Made by a program: the position numbers and the translations under genes. Below are positions 12,110 through 27,100 of a DNA stretch of 64,000 nt, piece after piece (the first letter of the stretch is position 1; every line of letters starts with the position of its first letter). The notes under the pieces are model-generated. The model worked only from the letters and a program-made list of their open reading frames with translations, made no database searches and was not told the origin of the DNA. The DNA lies in assembly GCA_964016885.1 (NCBI GenBank), contig OZ024742.1, forward strand, positions 288,114,001 through 288,178,000, in the 5' to 3' direction. The DNA comes from Eledone cirrhosa (taxonomy: Eukaryota).

Positions 12110-15100
12110 GATATATATAGAATGAACACATACACCCCTGGTTCAATTTAAAGTGTTTATATTTATATAAAACATTCTATCATAATTTTATCTAAAAACA
12201 TTCCTCTGTAATGCTCCTAAAACCAACTTAATGAGAAAATTAGATTACTAAATCCTCCAAAAATCTTGATTATTTTCAAAATAATTTGAAAACAATAGGC
12301 AGTCTCTCAATAGGAATATTTCAATGAAATGTAACAAAATAAGGGGGTTTCCCCGCTGTCTACTTACAGCTGTAGCAAAACGAAGAGAGTTCAGGGTTTC
12401 CTGGAAGTTCTCGTCTTTAGGTGAGACATTCACAAACATAAGTGTCTTGCTGTTTCCTCCCAGAGAGTTCTGTAGCAGGTACGTCAATTTACTATTCCTA
12501 TAAGGAATATGTTTCTCCTAAGAAAGACAGGCAAAAATAAGACAGGTTAGAATGGTAGAAAGATACATCAGATAAAAGAAACACTGTAAGGTCAATAACC
12601 TAAAAGAGATCCTCATTAAATATAGCTTCCATTCCTAAGACAGATGAAACAACCTCTACAGTACTAAAGTGTATTAGCATCTATGGTAAGCAAATTTATA
12701 TCTCAGCATTTAAATACCTAACAAAAATTATCAAGTGCTTCCAAAGTCAATATCTCTCAGTTGCCCTTACTCTCCTGGCCAATCACAGTAGTACTGCAGT
12801 CTTAGCTCTCGTGGTCAATCACAAGTACTGTGGCCTTAGCTTTCCTGGCTAATCATAGAAGTACTACAGTCTTAGCTCTCGTGGTCAATCACAGGAGTAC
12901 TACAGCCTTAGCTCTCCTGGCTAATCACTGAGGTACTGCAACCTTAGGTCTCCTGGCCAATCACAGAAGTACTGTGGCCTTAGCTCTCCTGGTCAATCAC
13001 AGAAGTATTGTGGCCTTAGCTCTCCTGATCAATCACAGAAGTACTGCAACCTTAGATCTACTGGCCAATCACAGAGGTACTGCAACCTTAGGTCTAGCCA
13101 ATCACAGAGGTACTGCAACCTTAGGTCTAGCCAATCACAGAGGCACTGCAACCTTAGTTCTCCTGGCCAATCACAAAAGTACTATGGCCTTTGTCGATGA
13201 TAACAGAAGTACTACAACCTTCCCCTCTTTGCTGAAAACAATGAACCTCAGCTCTGATCTGCATCAGTGAGTGAACTTACTTTGTTAGATAGAGAAGTGA
13301 AGACAGAACTGAGTGTTGAGAGACTCTTGTTAATGCACTGCGTTTCTTTTAGCCTCTGGCCCTCACTGCCAGAATCCTTCAGTCGTTCACTGCCAGCCAA
13401 ATCGACAAAATTCAACGAACCTGGAAATACAAAAATCAAAATACATTTAACATTAATTCTTCTTCTTCACCCAACATATTCTTGAGAGGGTCGTGGGGGC
13501 AGATCCTCAAACACTCCTTCCAGCAGGTCCTGTCAGAAGCAACCGTCTCCAACTGATCCAGCTGGATCCCCAATCGAGACCAGCCAAGCTTATGGATGTT
13601 ATCCAACCATCTTGCTCGGGGTCAACCCCTGAGTCTCCTGCGAGTTGGTTTTTGCCTATTAAATCTGTCCAGTGATTCTTTCCTGGACACATTTTAACCA
13701 CATGCCATAGTATCAGAACTGTGATCTCTCAATTTGGAGAAGTAGCAGCTCTACCTGGAGTGACTCTCTGACATAGCAAACAAAAGGAAGAAGAATTTTG
13801 AACCAAATTTCACAAAACTTGAGTCAACCTGAGGCTATGATATAAAACTCTTGCCCAATGACATGCAGTGGAATAGAACCTAAAACCATGTGGTTGCAAA
13901 CAGTTTGACCCCATTCCATGTAATAGGAAAAAAAGGTAAAAATGCAACATGTGAAGGCAACTAATTGTTCCATACTCTCGGGTCCCAAATAATAAAGCAA
14001 GGATGGAATAAGTGGGGCAATTGGAAATTTTTCTAGGTTGCCTCCATTGATTTTTTTTAAAACCAGAATTAGTCATTTAGTTTACATATTGAAACCCCAA
14101 CTGATTTTATTAATTTTATAACGTGTGGGATTTCTAGTAATGTACTTTCTTTTCTCATGTATAATGTTTTTTAATGTCTAAAGAATATTAATTGTCGCAG
14201 GAATGCTAATAAAATTTCACCAGAGTAGAGATTAGCAAAATTTAATAAGTAGGGTGCGAAAAAATCCGAAAAATTAACAAGCGTGGACACACGGACACAC
14301 ACAATTATTCAAGAGATGAGTGTACATTACCATATTTCTAATAAAAGACAGTTTAGAATTCAAAATAATTTTGGAAATGATCACAAATTTGGAGGGGTAT
14401 ATATTAAACTAGACCACCTGTGACAAGTTGGTCACATTCACTTCAAAATATTTTTTAAAAGTAATGTTCAAATTAAAAATAATTTTTAAATAATTAAAAT
14501 ATACACAGACATGTATATAATGTGAAATGAAACTGGAAGGCCCATATATATGTGTGTCTGTGATCTATATACACTGGTCATAGACATACACATATATTTA
14601 TATATACACACAACACCACCAGCTCGCTATCTCTCTCTTCCATTCTCCTTCCCTCTCTTTCAATCTACTCTGTCACAACCACTATCTCTTCCTCTCTATC
14701 TTTCTCTCTCTTTGTTTATGAAGGTACCCGGAAAAACCCCATATCTCGGGAACCCGTACTCCAATTTACGCGAAACTTGTTTTATTCCATTTGTATTCCC
14801 ATTTCAGATGCCAAATGCTTCAGAGTTACTATTGGGGTCACCGTCAACAATTTCAAGAGATATACGTTTAAGTAGGGATAATATAGTCTATAAAGTGAGG
14901 TAACTCTTTCAAAATACTAAAGAGTTGTCTCTCTTGAACATTGTAGACAAAATTACCGAACTAAATGAAAGGCTTAAAGTTTTAGTGAAAAAAAACGCCT
15001 TTAACAACAGAAAATTGAAAAATAAAAGCTGCTGTTAATATCTTTAGACAGCAAGGAATATATAAATGCAAGTTTGAAGTCAATTGGAGTAGAAATGTGG

Positions 15101-18100
15101 ATTTGTATAGACTTTGCCAAAATTAGGACACACACAGAAAACTTCAGTTTTATATATATGTATAGATAATTATGAGTGGAAAAGCCTTTACCCTGAAAAT
15201 ATAATAGTATATATAGAGTAATGTAAATGCTAAAGGGTTAAATCAATGAGAGAATTTCTAGAAATGTTACCAACCATTGCAGGTTTCGCCAGTTTTTTCA
15301 TGATTTCCCTTCAGAGTTAAAGTGAACACACTGTGGCTACGAGATGAACGTTCATTGAGCTTTGTCTCACCAACAGCACGTTTCTTAGAGGCCTTTACCA
15401 ACAACCCGTGAACCTAGAAGGAACATTTTTCAAACAACAGATTTAACTACAGGTTTGTATGTATGTGTACATGTCTGTATATGTGTGCACATGTGTGTGA
15501 GTGTATAGATATATTCGTCATGAGGTTCTTTTTTGTGGTATTGTGGTGATGTGAAAGGATTATTAAATAATACTACAGACTACCATAATCTTATGAATCG
15601 CAGGTGGTGACTTCAATGGACATGTTGGCATTGGCATCAGAGAGGTTGTCATTGACTTAAATGAAGAGCCATCTCTACTCTACAGATGAGGATGGGGTGT
15701 TTGTCATTGATGGGTGCCAAGTGTGGAGAGATTTGACAGGGTGAGGGTTGGTGGATGGAAGGGGAGACCTCCAGCAGAGTGGAAAATAAACTGGTGACAA
15801 CATCTACTAGGTAATGACTCATGTGTCAGAGTTTAGTAGAGGAGGGTGGTGACCTTGGATAGGATATGCTTGTTAGGATTTAAAGAGGTGGAGGTGATCC
15901 TAGATAGAGCAGGAGTTAGGGTGCAGTGATAAGGAGGCAGTTAAAGCAGTTGTATATTTACCTGGCTTCGAGATTTCACCGAAACAATCGTTAAATTGCT
16001 AACATTTATTGTACTGGATTTATCACTTGCCAATTTAATATCATGCTTTTTATCGTCTTTGTCACTGAGTAAATCATGAATGGTTTCATTGTAAATCTCA
16101 AGATAGGAGAGATTGAATTCATACTGCAATGGAAAATAAAACAGGTTTGTTAATTCAAATGTTTATAGTATCTTTACTAGTGGACAGATTGTTGTGAAAA
16201 ATTGCAGCATTAGAGTAAAGACTAATATTTTATGTCATGCAGTACATGTTAAGTGTTAAACTTTCATAGTATTAACCATATAGCTAGCAACTTCTAACAC
16301 ATGAATCATTTCAACAAGACAATTGTTTAATCAATCCTAATCCCCATGCGTCCAGTCCACACTGTAAAGTGGTCATGTAGGTGACACAACAAAAAGCACC
16401 CAGTACTCACTGTAAAAGTGGTTGGCGTTAGGAAGGGTATCCAGCTGTAGAAAGCATGCCAAAATCAGTTCTGTATGAGTAAGACATGGTCACCTGACCT
16501 GGTCTATCTCACAACAGAATAACTTGTCTAACCCATGCTAACATGGAAAAATGGATGTTAAAATGATAATGATGATATGTATGTGTGGTTACTTACTTTC
16601 CAGCCTTTCTCCATTAATAACTCAGCTGTTTCAAAAACTTGAATGGTAGCACGTGGGATCATCCCCATTGTTTCTTCATCTTCAATGTTTCCTCCTTCCA
16701 TCGTGTAAGTTTTACCAGAACCAGTTTGGCCGTAGGCGAAGATACAAACATTATAGCCATCGAGTGCACTCTGAAGTCATAAAAGTAATCATATAGACTT
16801 TGGTAGACGATGGAACATTATTGCAGTATTTAGTTATGTCCTGCCCTGCTAAATGTAAATATGGTGTCATTGGAGGCTGCATAGAGTGAAGAAGTTCCCT
16901 TTCAGCCTGCAGTGAACAGGACTAACTGACAAACGAACCAAGTCAACACAGGGTGGGTAGAGAGAATTCTATGGTCTTATCAAAGATCTAACAGCCTCTA
17001 TAGGGTTGGTGCCACTGTGAAATACACCCCGTATCCTCTGGGTGGCAATCTCGCACCACAATAGAGCACACCCAGAATACTCTGAAATGTTATTAGGCAT
17101 TAACCCTTTAGCATTTACATTACTCCATATATACTATTATATTTTCACGATAAAGGCTTTATCTCACATAATATTGATTCTATGAGCTTTTGATATTATT
17201 TATTTTGAGAACAATACCTTAACATCAGTATGAGTAGCCAGTTACAGCTGATTTGAAGAGAAAGAGGTGACAGAATTGTGGCCAGATACGGCCAGTTTAA
17301 ATGCTAAAAGGTTAAGCTAAGGAAACCATGCAAGATGGTCTCCTTGACCCATCTAGTCTTGGACTGTGACAACCAGTCCAACCATTATCAAAATGGAAAG
17401 CAGCGGTAAAAACGATGATGAGTTGAAACTCACTAAAATTTAACATTTAAACAGAAAATTAAATGACTATAAAAGTGTCTATACCTGAACAAGTTGGGAA
17501 ATTTCATTGAAAACCTCGGATTGGGCTGTCTCTGGCTGAAACACCTTGTCAAATGAAAACTCGTATTTCTTTTTGGATTTCCCAGCATTTGATGTTGATA
17601 AACTCTGCATTAGAAATAGTGAATATAAGAAACTCTTAACATGCTGCATTGATTGAGCAGAAAATATCTAAAAATAGGTTTGTTAATTCAAATATTTATA
17701 CTTTCTTTAATAGTGAACAGATCATCTATATATAAATTTCAGCGACTTCCATCCGTCACACAATGTGCGTGTGTGTTTGTGCGAATGTGTGTCAGTGTAA
17801 AATGAAGGAAGCGGATGGTGAAAAACTATAGCAAAAAAGCGGCTGGAGTTCCATTTGCTATGCTGTGTGTGAGTGTATGTTTGTGTAAATGTGTGTTTTT
17901 GTAAGTGTGTCTATGTTTGTGCATTTATATTTATATACTCCTACAAGTGACATAATTTTTAATGATTTAATTACAATAGTTTATAACTTTGCCTATAAAT
18001 CTGTATGGTGAGTAAATGGGGTCCCACGTACTGGCCTCCCCACAGCCCCGGCAGACAGGATGGAGAAGGCGTTTCCCTGGAGGATGGTAAGGGAGATGCA

Positions 18101-21100
18101 CTGGAAGAGCCATTCCAACTCACGAGGCTCACACCTGCGGCTGGCCAGCTCACCGCCTATGGTGGTGAGTAGGGAGGTAGCCCTAGGGCCAAGGAAACCA
18201 GAAGTCTCCACTGCCAAGGGCACGACCGTGGACCTGTCGAAAAGCAACCGGAACTTGGAGTTTGGCTTCCTCAGCCCAACGTGCAGCAGTACCTGGGTTA
18301 GTCGCAGACTGTACCAGGTTGCAGCTGGAGAAAGTGTCACTGCAAGTGGCATCCCAGATGAGGGGTTTGCCACCACGGAACAGGAAGATGGTCATACCGT
18401 CTGGCCTTTTGCCAGCCCCACCGCCTCGAGCTGGGAGGGGAAGCCTGCAGCATCCAAGCTATGCTTAATGACCTAGTTGAGGGCAGCATGGAATAGAAGG
18501 CGGCCGGCACTGTGGTGACAGGAAAGTGGGTGGAGTCCGAAAGAGTCCACAGTGGATCCACAGCGACATTTATGTGGCCTGCAGATCTGGAATCCAAGCC
18601 TGAAGGAAACGCCGATGCGCAGTCTATCGTTATCCAGCTGCGTGCCAGTGGAGAAGGAGGGCAAGGCATGGAGACAGGCACCACTGTGGGGTTTGGAGGC
18701 CTCACGAAAACAGACAAGGCGGTACTGGTCGAGCTGGCGCGTGAGCCTGTCTCAGGCCAGGCTGCACTGGATGGCATCCCATACGCTTTGGGGGGACTTG
18801 ACGTCAACAGGGGGAGGAGGAGGGACGTCTACCAGGCTAAGTCCCAGCCTGTCCCACATCTCACAGGCAACCTCTAGTTCCCTAATCACAGAGGGTTCTA
18901 TTGTGTTTTGGAGAACCCTACTGATGAGGACGCGTCATGAGGTTACCGATGAAAGAAACGCCAGCAAAGCCAGCAAGATCGGGGACCGGAGGCCAAGGCT
19001 GCCATAACTGACAGGTAAAGTGGCCTGTTGCCATCCAATGTTGTCAAACCTAACATTGCATATCTCCTCACCTGCCGCTCGAAATGTATGCATATGCACA
19101 TACACACACAAATATGCATCAACATGTTGAAAAAATTCCAGTTGTGAAAATTTGCAGAATTAGAGTAAAGATTAAATTTTAAGGTAATGCAATCAGTCAT
19201 AGTACTGTTTTGGAATAATCAAGAATGTTTCGGTAATCTGTTAATATGTTCAGAAAATAATGCAGATGTGTAAAGTTATATATTTTGTAGCTTATTTTAT
19301 GCTCTTTCTTTAAAGCTAAGATGACAAATCAGAATTTGTTAAATTTATTGGCTGCATTGCAAAACAAATGACTAGAAACATCTATGAAGTTTAGGGCCCA
19401 AGAAAATGTTAATACATGAACAGGGCAACATTGGTTTAAAAATTCCATTGCAGTGAATTCACTCTTGAATATAAGGAAGGTCACAGATGTCCTTCTGCCA
19501 TTGGTGATAATAAAATGAAGACTTTGGTAAAAGCAAATCCTCACACAACTGCTCAAGAGCTTGCAGAAGAGCAAGAGGTAAGCATTGGAACTAAATTGGA
19601 AAGTTAAAGAAGTTTGAAAAATAAGTGCCACAAAGAAAACCAGTTATAAAGCCTGCTGTTTGCTTCTTTCGTGCAACTAAAATTGACCCCTTTCTTGATT
19701 GTATTGTGACACATGATGAAAAGTGGATCCTATACAACAACTGATGACATCCAGCACATTGGTTACACCAAAAGAAAGTTATGGCGACTGTTTGGTGGTC
19801 CACAGCCAGATTAAATCCACTACAGCTTTCTGAATCCTAGCGAAACAATCACAGCAGAGAAATATTGCCATGAAACCAATGAAATGCATAAAAAATTGCA
19901 GCATATGTGTCCAGCATTCGTCAATAGAAAACACCCAATCATCTTGCATAACAATGTTCAACCATACATAGCACAACCAACGCTCCAGAAGTTGAACAAA
20001 TTAGGCTACGAAACTGCCTCATCCAGCAGTCTCACCAGATTCTTCACCAACTGACTGCTACTTTTTGAAACATTTCGACAACTTCTAGCAAAGAAAGGTC
20101 TTCAACAGCCAAACAGCTACAAAAAATTACCTTCAAAGAATTCATCCCCTTTAAAACTTCAGAATTCTATGTTACCAGAATAAATAAATGTGAATCTTGT
20201 TGATAAAAAGGTGTAGATTCTAATGGCTTTTATTTCGATCAATAAAGTTTATTCTGGACCTAAATCATCATCATCATCATTTCATTTTACGTCCGCTTTT
20301 TCCCTGCTTGCAAGGGTGGGACGGGAACTGATTCTGGCTTGATTTCTACAGCTGGATGCCCTTCCTAACACCAACCTCATTTACAGTGAGTGCTGGGTGC
20401 TTTTTTGCCGTGGCACCTCCACGACCACTTTGCAGTGGAATGATAGGGACCCCGGTCCCTATCATCTCATTTCTACAGCTGAATAAACTGGAGCAATGTG
20501 AAATAAAGTGTCTTGCTCAAGGAAACAACACATCACCCGGTCTGAGAATTGAACTCACAACCTTTCGATTGCAAGGCTAATCTCTAACCACTAAGCCATG
20601 TGCCTCCTCTAAATATATATATGTGTGTGTGTGTGTGTGTATATTTTTTTATTTTTGTTAAGGTGAGAGAAGCTCTATTCACAATAACATCCTCAGCTCA
20701 TAAAACAGACGAATAAGACTTCTATAGTTAAGGTTCTTGTTATTGAGGACAGTTCGGGTAACAAGAGAATTAATATCCATAATTTCAAAAGATGAAGGTT
20801 AATATATATACAGACATAGAGTGTGTACGTATGAGAGAGAGAGATAAATAGACGTGTGTGTGTGTGTAGAAATATGTGTGTAGGTGTTGTAATAAATCAA
20901 GATAGTTCACTTCAGATAGTTAAAAAGTTCACAATGTTTGTGCTGTGGTGGAAAACGAAATAATACATACTTTAGATTTCAAGACCAAATATAAAGTTAG
21001 TAAAAACTAAATGTTCACTGATTTCTGATTAAAATATTTTCCTGTCCTGTAATATGTTGAACAACCACTTCAATATTTAATAATACAGGTGATAAAACAA

Positions 21101-24100
21101 CAACTATAAGGTAAATAAGTCACCTTATGTTATTTACAAACATTAACGTCCACCTTAATAGGAAATAATCTCCATAAAAGATAAAATTAGATGAGGTTTA
21201 AGTTGTAACAATGGAGCAGATATAAATGGTAATATTTCACTGTCTAGTTGACACCGGTGCCATGACTTAAAAGTCCCCTACCTATTTTAATACCTTCAGA
21301 AACAACTTCCGTTATATTACTTCACACCTTCAATCTATATGTTAGTTCTTTATGTTTTATACTTTTCTCAAATGCCTATGGTGAAGGGCAGTATATTTGA
21401 GGGATTTTAAAGATTTTTCTGCCTTACAGAAAGAAGGAAGGCCAATATCCAACACCATTTCAGGACATTCGGGGTAAGTATGAGGGAAAGAGGTACTCTT
21501 TTTCAGTTCAGTGGAGTAAAGTTACCGTGAAATAGTTTTGTTCAAGAATACAATGCACTACTTGACCCATGAATTCAAACAATCAACATTATGACCACAG
21601 GTCCAACACCATAACCACCAGGCTGTGTGCCTTCACTGAGGGTGGGGGAATGAAACATTAATCACTTACCTCATTGTGAGTTGTTGGACAGACATTTTCA
21701 AGTTCCAATATTTTACCATCATCGTCAGGGAAACCAATATGGCTTATTACTCCGTAACCAGAGTTTATCTCATGTGAGAGTAAAGGACGAACTCGACAAA
21801 ATACACGGATATTGCCCTGTAATGGAAAACATTAATATGGTTTAACTCTTTTGATACCAAACCACTCTTGGTTCTATAATATACAAAACTTTATCTTTAT
21901 CTAAACACTTTCCATCATTATTTTCATGCAGAAATTTTTATTTGTTCTATATAGAAAATGAAATAGTTGAGCTTATTAATCTTAAAACAACTTCATAATT
22001 TTTATTTTTTTTACAAAAAACTTAATGGTGTTATTCTCTATTTGGTGAATTATTTCAGGATTATTGAATTTGCTTGATAAATTTACTGAAGAAACTATTA
22101 TGCTCAAATCATCTCCCTGGCCTCAGAGAAGTTCACAAATTTGTTTCTACAAAATTTCACTCACAAGGCAGAACACACTGAAAATCACTTCATTAACTAA
22201 CTATACAGCCATGCCTGCTACTTCTATATCAGTCATAAGAAAGGTCACTACATCAACCACACAACCATAACTGCTACTCCTATATCAGTCAGAAGGCCAC
22301 AACATCAACCACACAACCATAACTACTATGTTATTCCTATATCAACCAAGAGAAAAACTATTGCAAAACAGGAAAAAAAACTCACCTTTAGTTCTTGGAC
22401 AGTGTTGTGTAATTTGCGGCGAATAGTTTCATGTTCCAGCATCTTTTGTTTGTTTTCACAAATCACTGCCTCCAACTTCTGAATAGTTGCCAAGTGATCT
22501 CGGATCTGTAACTCTTTTTCAACAAGTTCTTTGTTAGCAGTTTCCAAATTCAGCTGAAACAAAACAAAGCTTCTTATGGTCATGGAGATGATTCAATTAG
22601 AAAAAAGATATCAACACACTTGATACTAAACCACATGAAACTGCTCTAGTTCTATGATAGCAGCCTGTTTAATTTAAAGTGTTTATATTTAGCTAAAACC
22701 CTTCCATCATAATTTTATGTATGAACCTTATTTCATTTATGTTCCAGACACTAGCATAATGGTTTCTGATTTCGGCACAAGGCCAACAATTTTTGGGACA
22801 AGGAAAAGTCGATTAAATTGAACCCAGTGCATTTCTGGTACTTTATTTTATCGACCCTGCAACAATGAAAGTCAAAACTAACCTAGGCGGTATTTGAACT
22901 TAGAACATAAAGAAACATAACTCTATGCCACAAAGCATGTTGTCCGACGCTCTACCAATACTGTCAATCCACTGCCCTTCCAGATACTAACATAATAATG
23001 AGAAAGTTAGTTCCATTTCTAAATCCCTTCAAATTCTTGACTATTTTCAAAATTACTTGCAATCATATGCCGAGTCTGATTAGAAATAAGATAACAAATG
23101 GTTTGTGTGCTTATATGTATCTAAAACCCATCATAATTTTATGTAAGAACATTTGTTAAGCTATGTGCCAAACACCAGCTTAATAATGAGAAAGTTGTGG
23201 GTCTGAGAAAAAGTTAGCCCTTCTCACCTTCGTCACTTCCAAATCTGCTTGAATAGTTGAGAGTGCAGCTGATTGTTTGCCCAGAGATGACTGAAGACTA
23301 ATAACCTCCTCTTCTTTACAGTTCAGCTGTGATGTCACAGTAGACTCTCGCCTGATCATATCATCCATTTCTCTTTGGAATTTAGTGGTCATTTCAGATC
23401 TCTCTCTCTCTTTCTCTCTATAAAAACAAGATAGGTAAAATGTCAATTTTTGTGTCTTTACCTGTACAAAACAGCACTAACTGCATCACAAAAAATTGAA
23501 GACTTTAATACTATAAATTTTCACAATTTGTCCACTGGTAAAAATATTATATTAGAATTAACAAACCACATAAGCAAAATATTCCACTAATAAAGATACT
23601 ATAAACATTTGAATTAAACCCGTTTAGGATATTCTATGTTAAATGCTAAAACTTAAAAATGGAAGCTAGGATGTAAAATATAACTTCAGGTCTCTTCCCC
23701 ATTAAGCCCCACCCCCTGTGAAATTCTCTTTTGACTCCACTATGATACTAAGTCAGTATAGTGTAATGGGTAACAAGGCAAGGCATCTGCTCAATATCCA
23801 ATCATACATAACGATTCCTTTATCTTTTTACCGGTTTAACCCTTTAGCATTTAAACCAGCCATATCCAGCCAGAATTCTCTCACCTCTTTCTGTTCAAAC
23901 CAACTGTAACCGGTCGCTCATACTGATGTTAAGGTATTGTTCTCAAAATAAATAACATCAAAATCTCGTAGATTCAATATTACGTAAGGTAAAGCCTTGA
24001 CCGTGAAAATACAATAGTATATATAGAGTAATGTAAATGCTAAAGGGTTAAGTCATTGGACTGCAGTCATACTGAGATACCACCTTGAAGAGATTTAGTC

Positions 24101-27100
24101 AATCATACCAACCCCTGTGAGAGTTTTTTCAAGTCTGACACTTATTTCATCAACTTCTTTAGACCACTAAGTTATGGAACAAAATACGTAAATACATACA
24201 CATATATATGCTCTGTATAAGCAAAACATGGTCACCTGACCTAGCATTGCCGACAACAGGACAACTCATTTAACCCATGCTAGTATGGAAATGGACGTAA
24301 ACCGATGATGATGATATATATATATATACAACGGGCTTCTAGAGTTTCTGTCTACCAAATTTTACTCACAAGGAATTGGTCAACTTGAGACTATAGTAGA
24401 AGACACTTGCCCAATATTTTTTACTAAAACCATGTGGTTGCAAACAAATCCCTTAACTAAATAGACATGCTTGTTATGGAAAATATTAAGATATTTAAGG
24501 TGTTTAAGATGCTAAAATCTTACCTCAAGTTACACCTCAAGTCTTCCACTTCTTTAGAAACATTGGAGACAAATTCTTCCTTCTTCATAACAGTACCGGT
24601 CAGATGTTCTTTCTGGCTCTCCAATTGGTCAATACGATAGGTCATCTGGTACACCTGTTGTTCTAATGACCCTTTATTTTTTAACTGGTCTTCCATGTCT
24701 AGTATACGACCTTTCAAGTCCCATGCAGGTCGCTTTTTAAGCTCTGAAAAAGAAATTGCATTATATTTATAAAAGGAATACTGCTTGGATTGAACCGGGA
24801 TTGTATATTGGTGACAGGTGTGTAGATATAGTCACAGGTGTTTAGATATTGTCACAGGACTATATATTGGTAACAGGTGTCTATATATTGGTGACATTGG
24901 CAATATTTATAGTCCTGTACCAAGGTATCTACACACCTTACCAATATACCAATGTATACATTGGAACAGGGCACACATAAGGGTAATTATTCAAGTTAAC
25001 CCTTTCATTACCATATTTCAATGGAATACACTACTTCAATTAACTAGTAAAGAATTTTGAGGGATTTACTCAAATTATTTCATTACTCAGTAACTCAACA
25101 TATATTTCTTATATAAAATTAAAAATGATGTTGGAAGATTTTAATTTAAATAGCAACCCTTTAAAATGGGTGGTTTTGTTTCTTTGAACCAGAACCAGTT
25201 TGGGGCAGGTTGATATCAAAAGAGTTAAACAAAAGAAAAGAAAGAAACCAGGGAAAATATATATTATATACTTACTTGCTTTATTAGATTGAATAGGTGA
25301 GATTGTCAAAGTTGGTCGAACTGTAGCGGAACCTTTTTCATGGGGTTTAGCAACAGTACTATTCATGATAGCATTGCCACGGGCAGGCATAGTTTCTATA
25401 ACAAGTGGAGATAAAGCAAAATAAATTTCATATTTTAAATAATTGTTTCTACTTTTGGCACAAGGCCAGCAATTACCCAGTGCATTACTGGTACTTTATT
25501 TTATCGACCCCGTAAGGATGAAAGGCAAAGTTAACCTTGGGGGGATTTGAACTCAGAATGGCAAGGGCCGTAAAAAAATTTCATATTTTAAATAATACCA
25601 TATGGATATATATAATATTATATATATTATAATTGTTTCTACTTTTGGCACAAGGCCAGCAATTACCCAGTACATTACTGGTACTTTATTTTATCGACCC
25701 CGTAAGGATGAAAGGCAAAGTTAACCTCGGCGGGATTTGAACTCAGAATGATAAGGGCCGTAACTCTATGCATCAAAGCATGGCGTCCGACCTTCTATCG
25801 ATACTGCCAATCCACCGTCCATATATTATAATAGTCATACTCTCAGGTCCCAAATAATGGTGAGGGGAATAAGCAGGGTAGTTGAAAAATACGTAATTTT
25901 TCTAGGTTGTTGCCGTTGATTTTTTTAAAAATCAGAATTTGTTGTTTAGTTTACATATTGAAACTTCAACCCATCCTATTTATGTTATAACGTATGAGAT
26001 TTCTAGTATATATTTCATGTACAATGTTCTTTTAGCGTATAAAGAAAATTGTCGTAGGAATGCTATCACTTAAAATAAAATTTCGCAGGAGATAGATTAG
26101 CAAAACTTAATAAGTGGTGGTGGTGATGAAGGGTGGAGGAATCTGAAAAATGAATGGGGGGGGGGGGGGGTATTCAAGATGCAAGAGTGATTTTTAATAC
26201 AATGAAGAATTAGGAAAGATTTAGTCATATATTTAACTTTATTATTATCAAACTGGTGTTTAAAACATTACTCATAAGGTTCTTATAAAAGATTGTAATG
26301 CAAGGTTTAAATTTTGTACGAAGTATGATGCTGCATGGTAGTGAAACATGGGCAATGGCTGCAGAAGTCGTGTAGTCTGGAGAGAAATGAAGCAGCCAAG
26401 CTTCGTTGGATGTGCAATGTAAACATGAGAGGCAGAGCTTGGATCAAGTGTGAAAGAAGCTGGGTTTAAGAGGAATCCGAGGTGTTGTGCAAGAGAGAAG
26501 ACTGTATTGGTACGGACATGTGATGCACATGGATGATGACCGATGGGGAAGAAAGGCCAGGAAATGCCAGTGGAAGTAAGTCGCAGTAGAGGTAGAACAA
26601 GAAAGACAAGGGCAGAAGTGGTGAAAATTGACCTCAAATCACAGAGGAGATGACAAAGGAACGTGACGAGTGGAGAGGTGCTGTGCTGAGAAGGACCTGT
26701 CCAACCCATGCAAGAGTGGAAGAACGGATGTAAAAACAATGATGATGAACACTAACACAAATGGGCAGTTTCAGCAGCGTTGCTAACAAAAGAATAATTT
26801 GAAAGACAACTGAAATCAAGAATAGATATCTTACCTCGACGAGCATTAACTGCTGTAAGAACTCGAGAATTTGTCATACGAGAAACTGGTGCTTTAATAG
26901 TTTTTACAGGTCTCTCAAACTTCATCTTCTTTGTAGGTTTATCCTAATTGAATAGAAATATACAAACAATCCATATAAGTACATTCATCATATATTGAGA
27001 GAGAATACATAAACCTGGATATGGTCAGCCAGAGACAACAGAGCCCTGAACTTGTATAAGGAAGGGCCATCACTCTAGGTACAGTTATAAAATACCTCCA

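Noticed and set aside
12765-13270. Regular repeats and 98-aa ORF as a CRISPR array or repeat protein
   Set aside because: Units are contiguous with no unique spacers, no cas genes, eukaryotic intron. The ORF is a by-product of 33/36-bp periodicity.
18921-18960. CTGATGAGGAC...GAAA as a hammerhead
   Set aside because: No stem II closing onto GAAA and no stem I. It is the antisense of CRE coding sequence.
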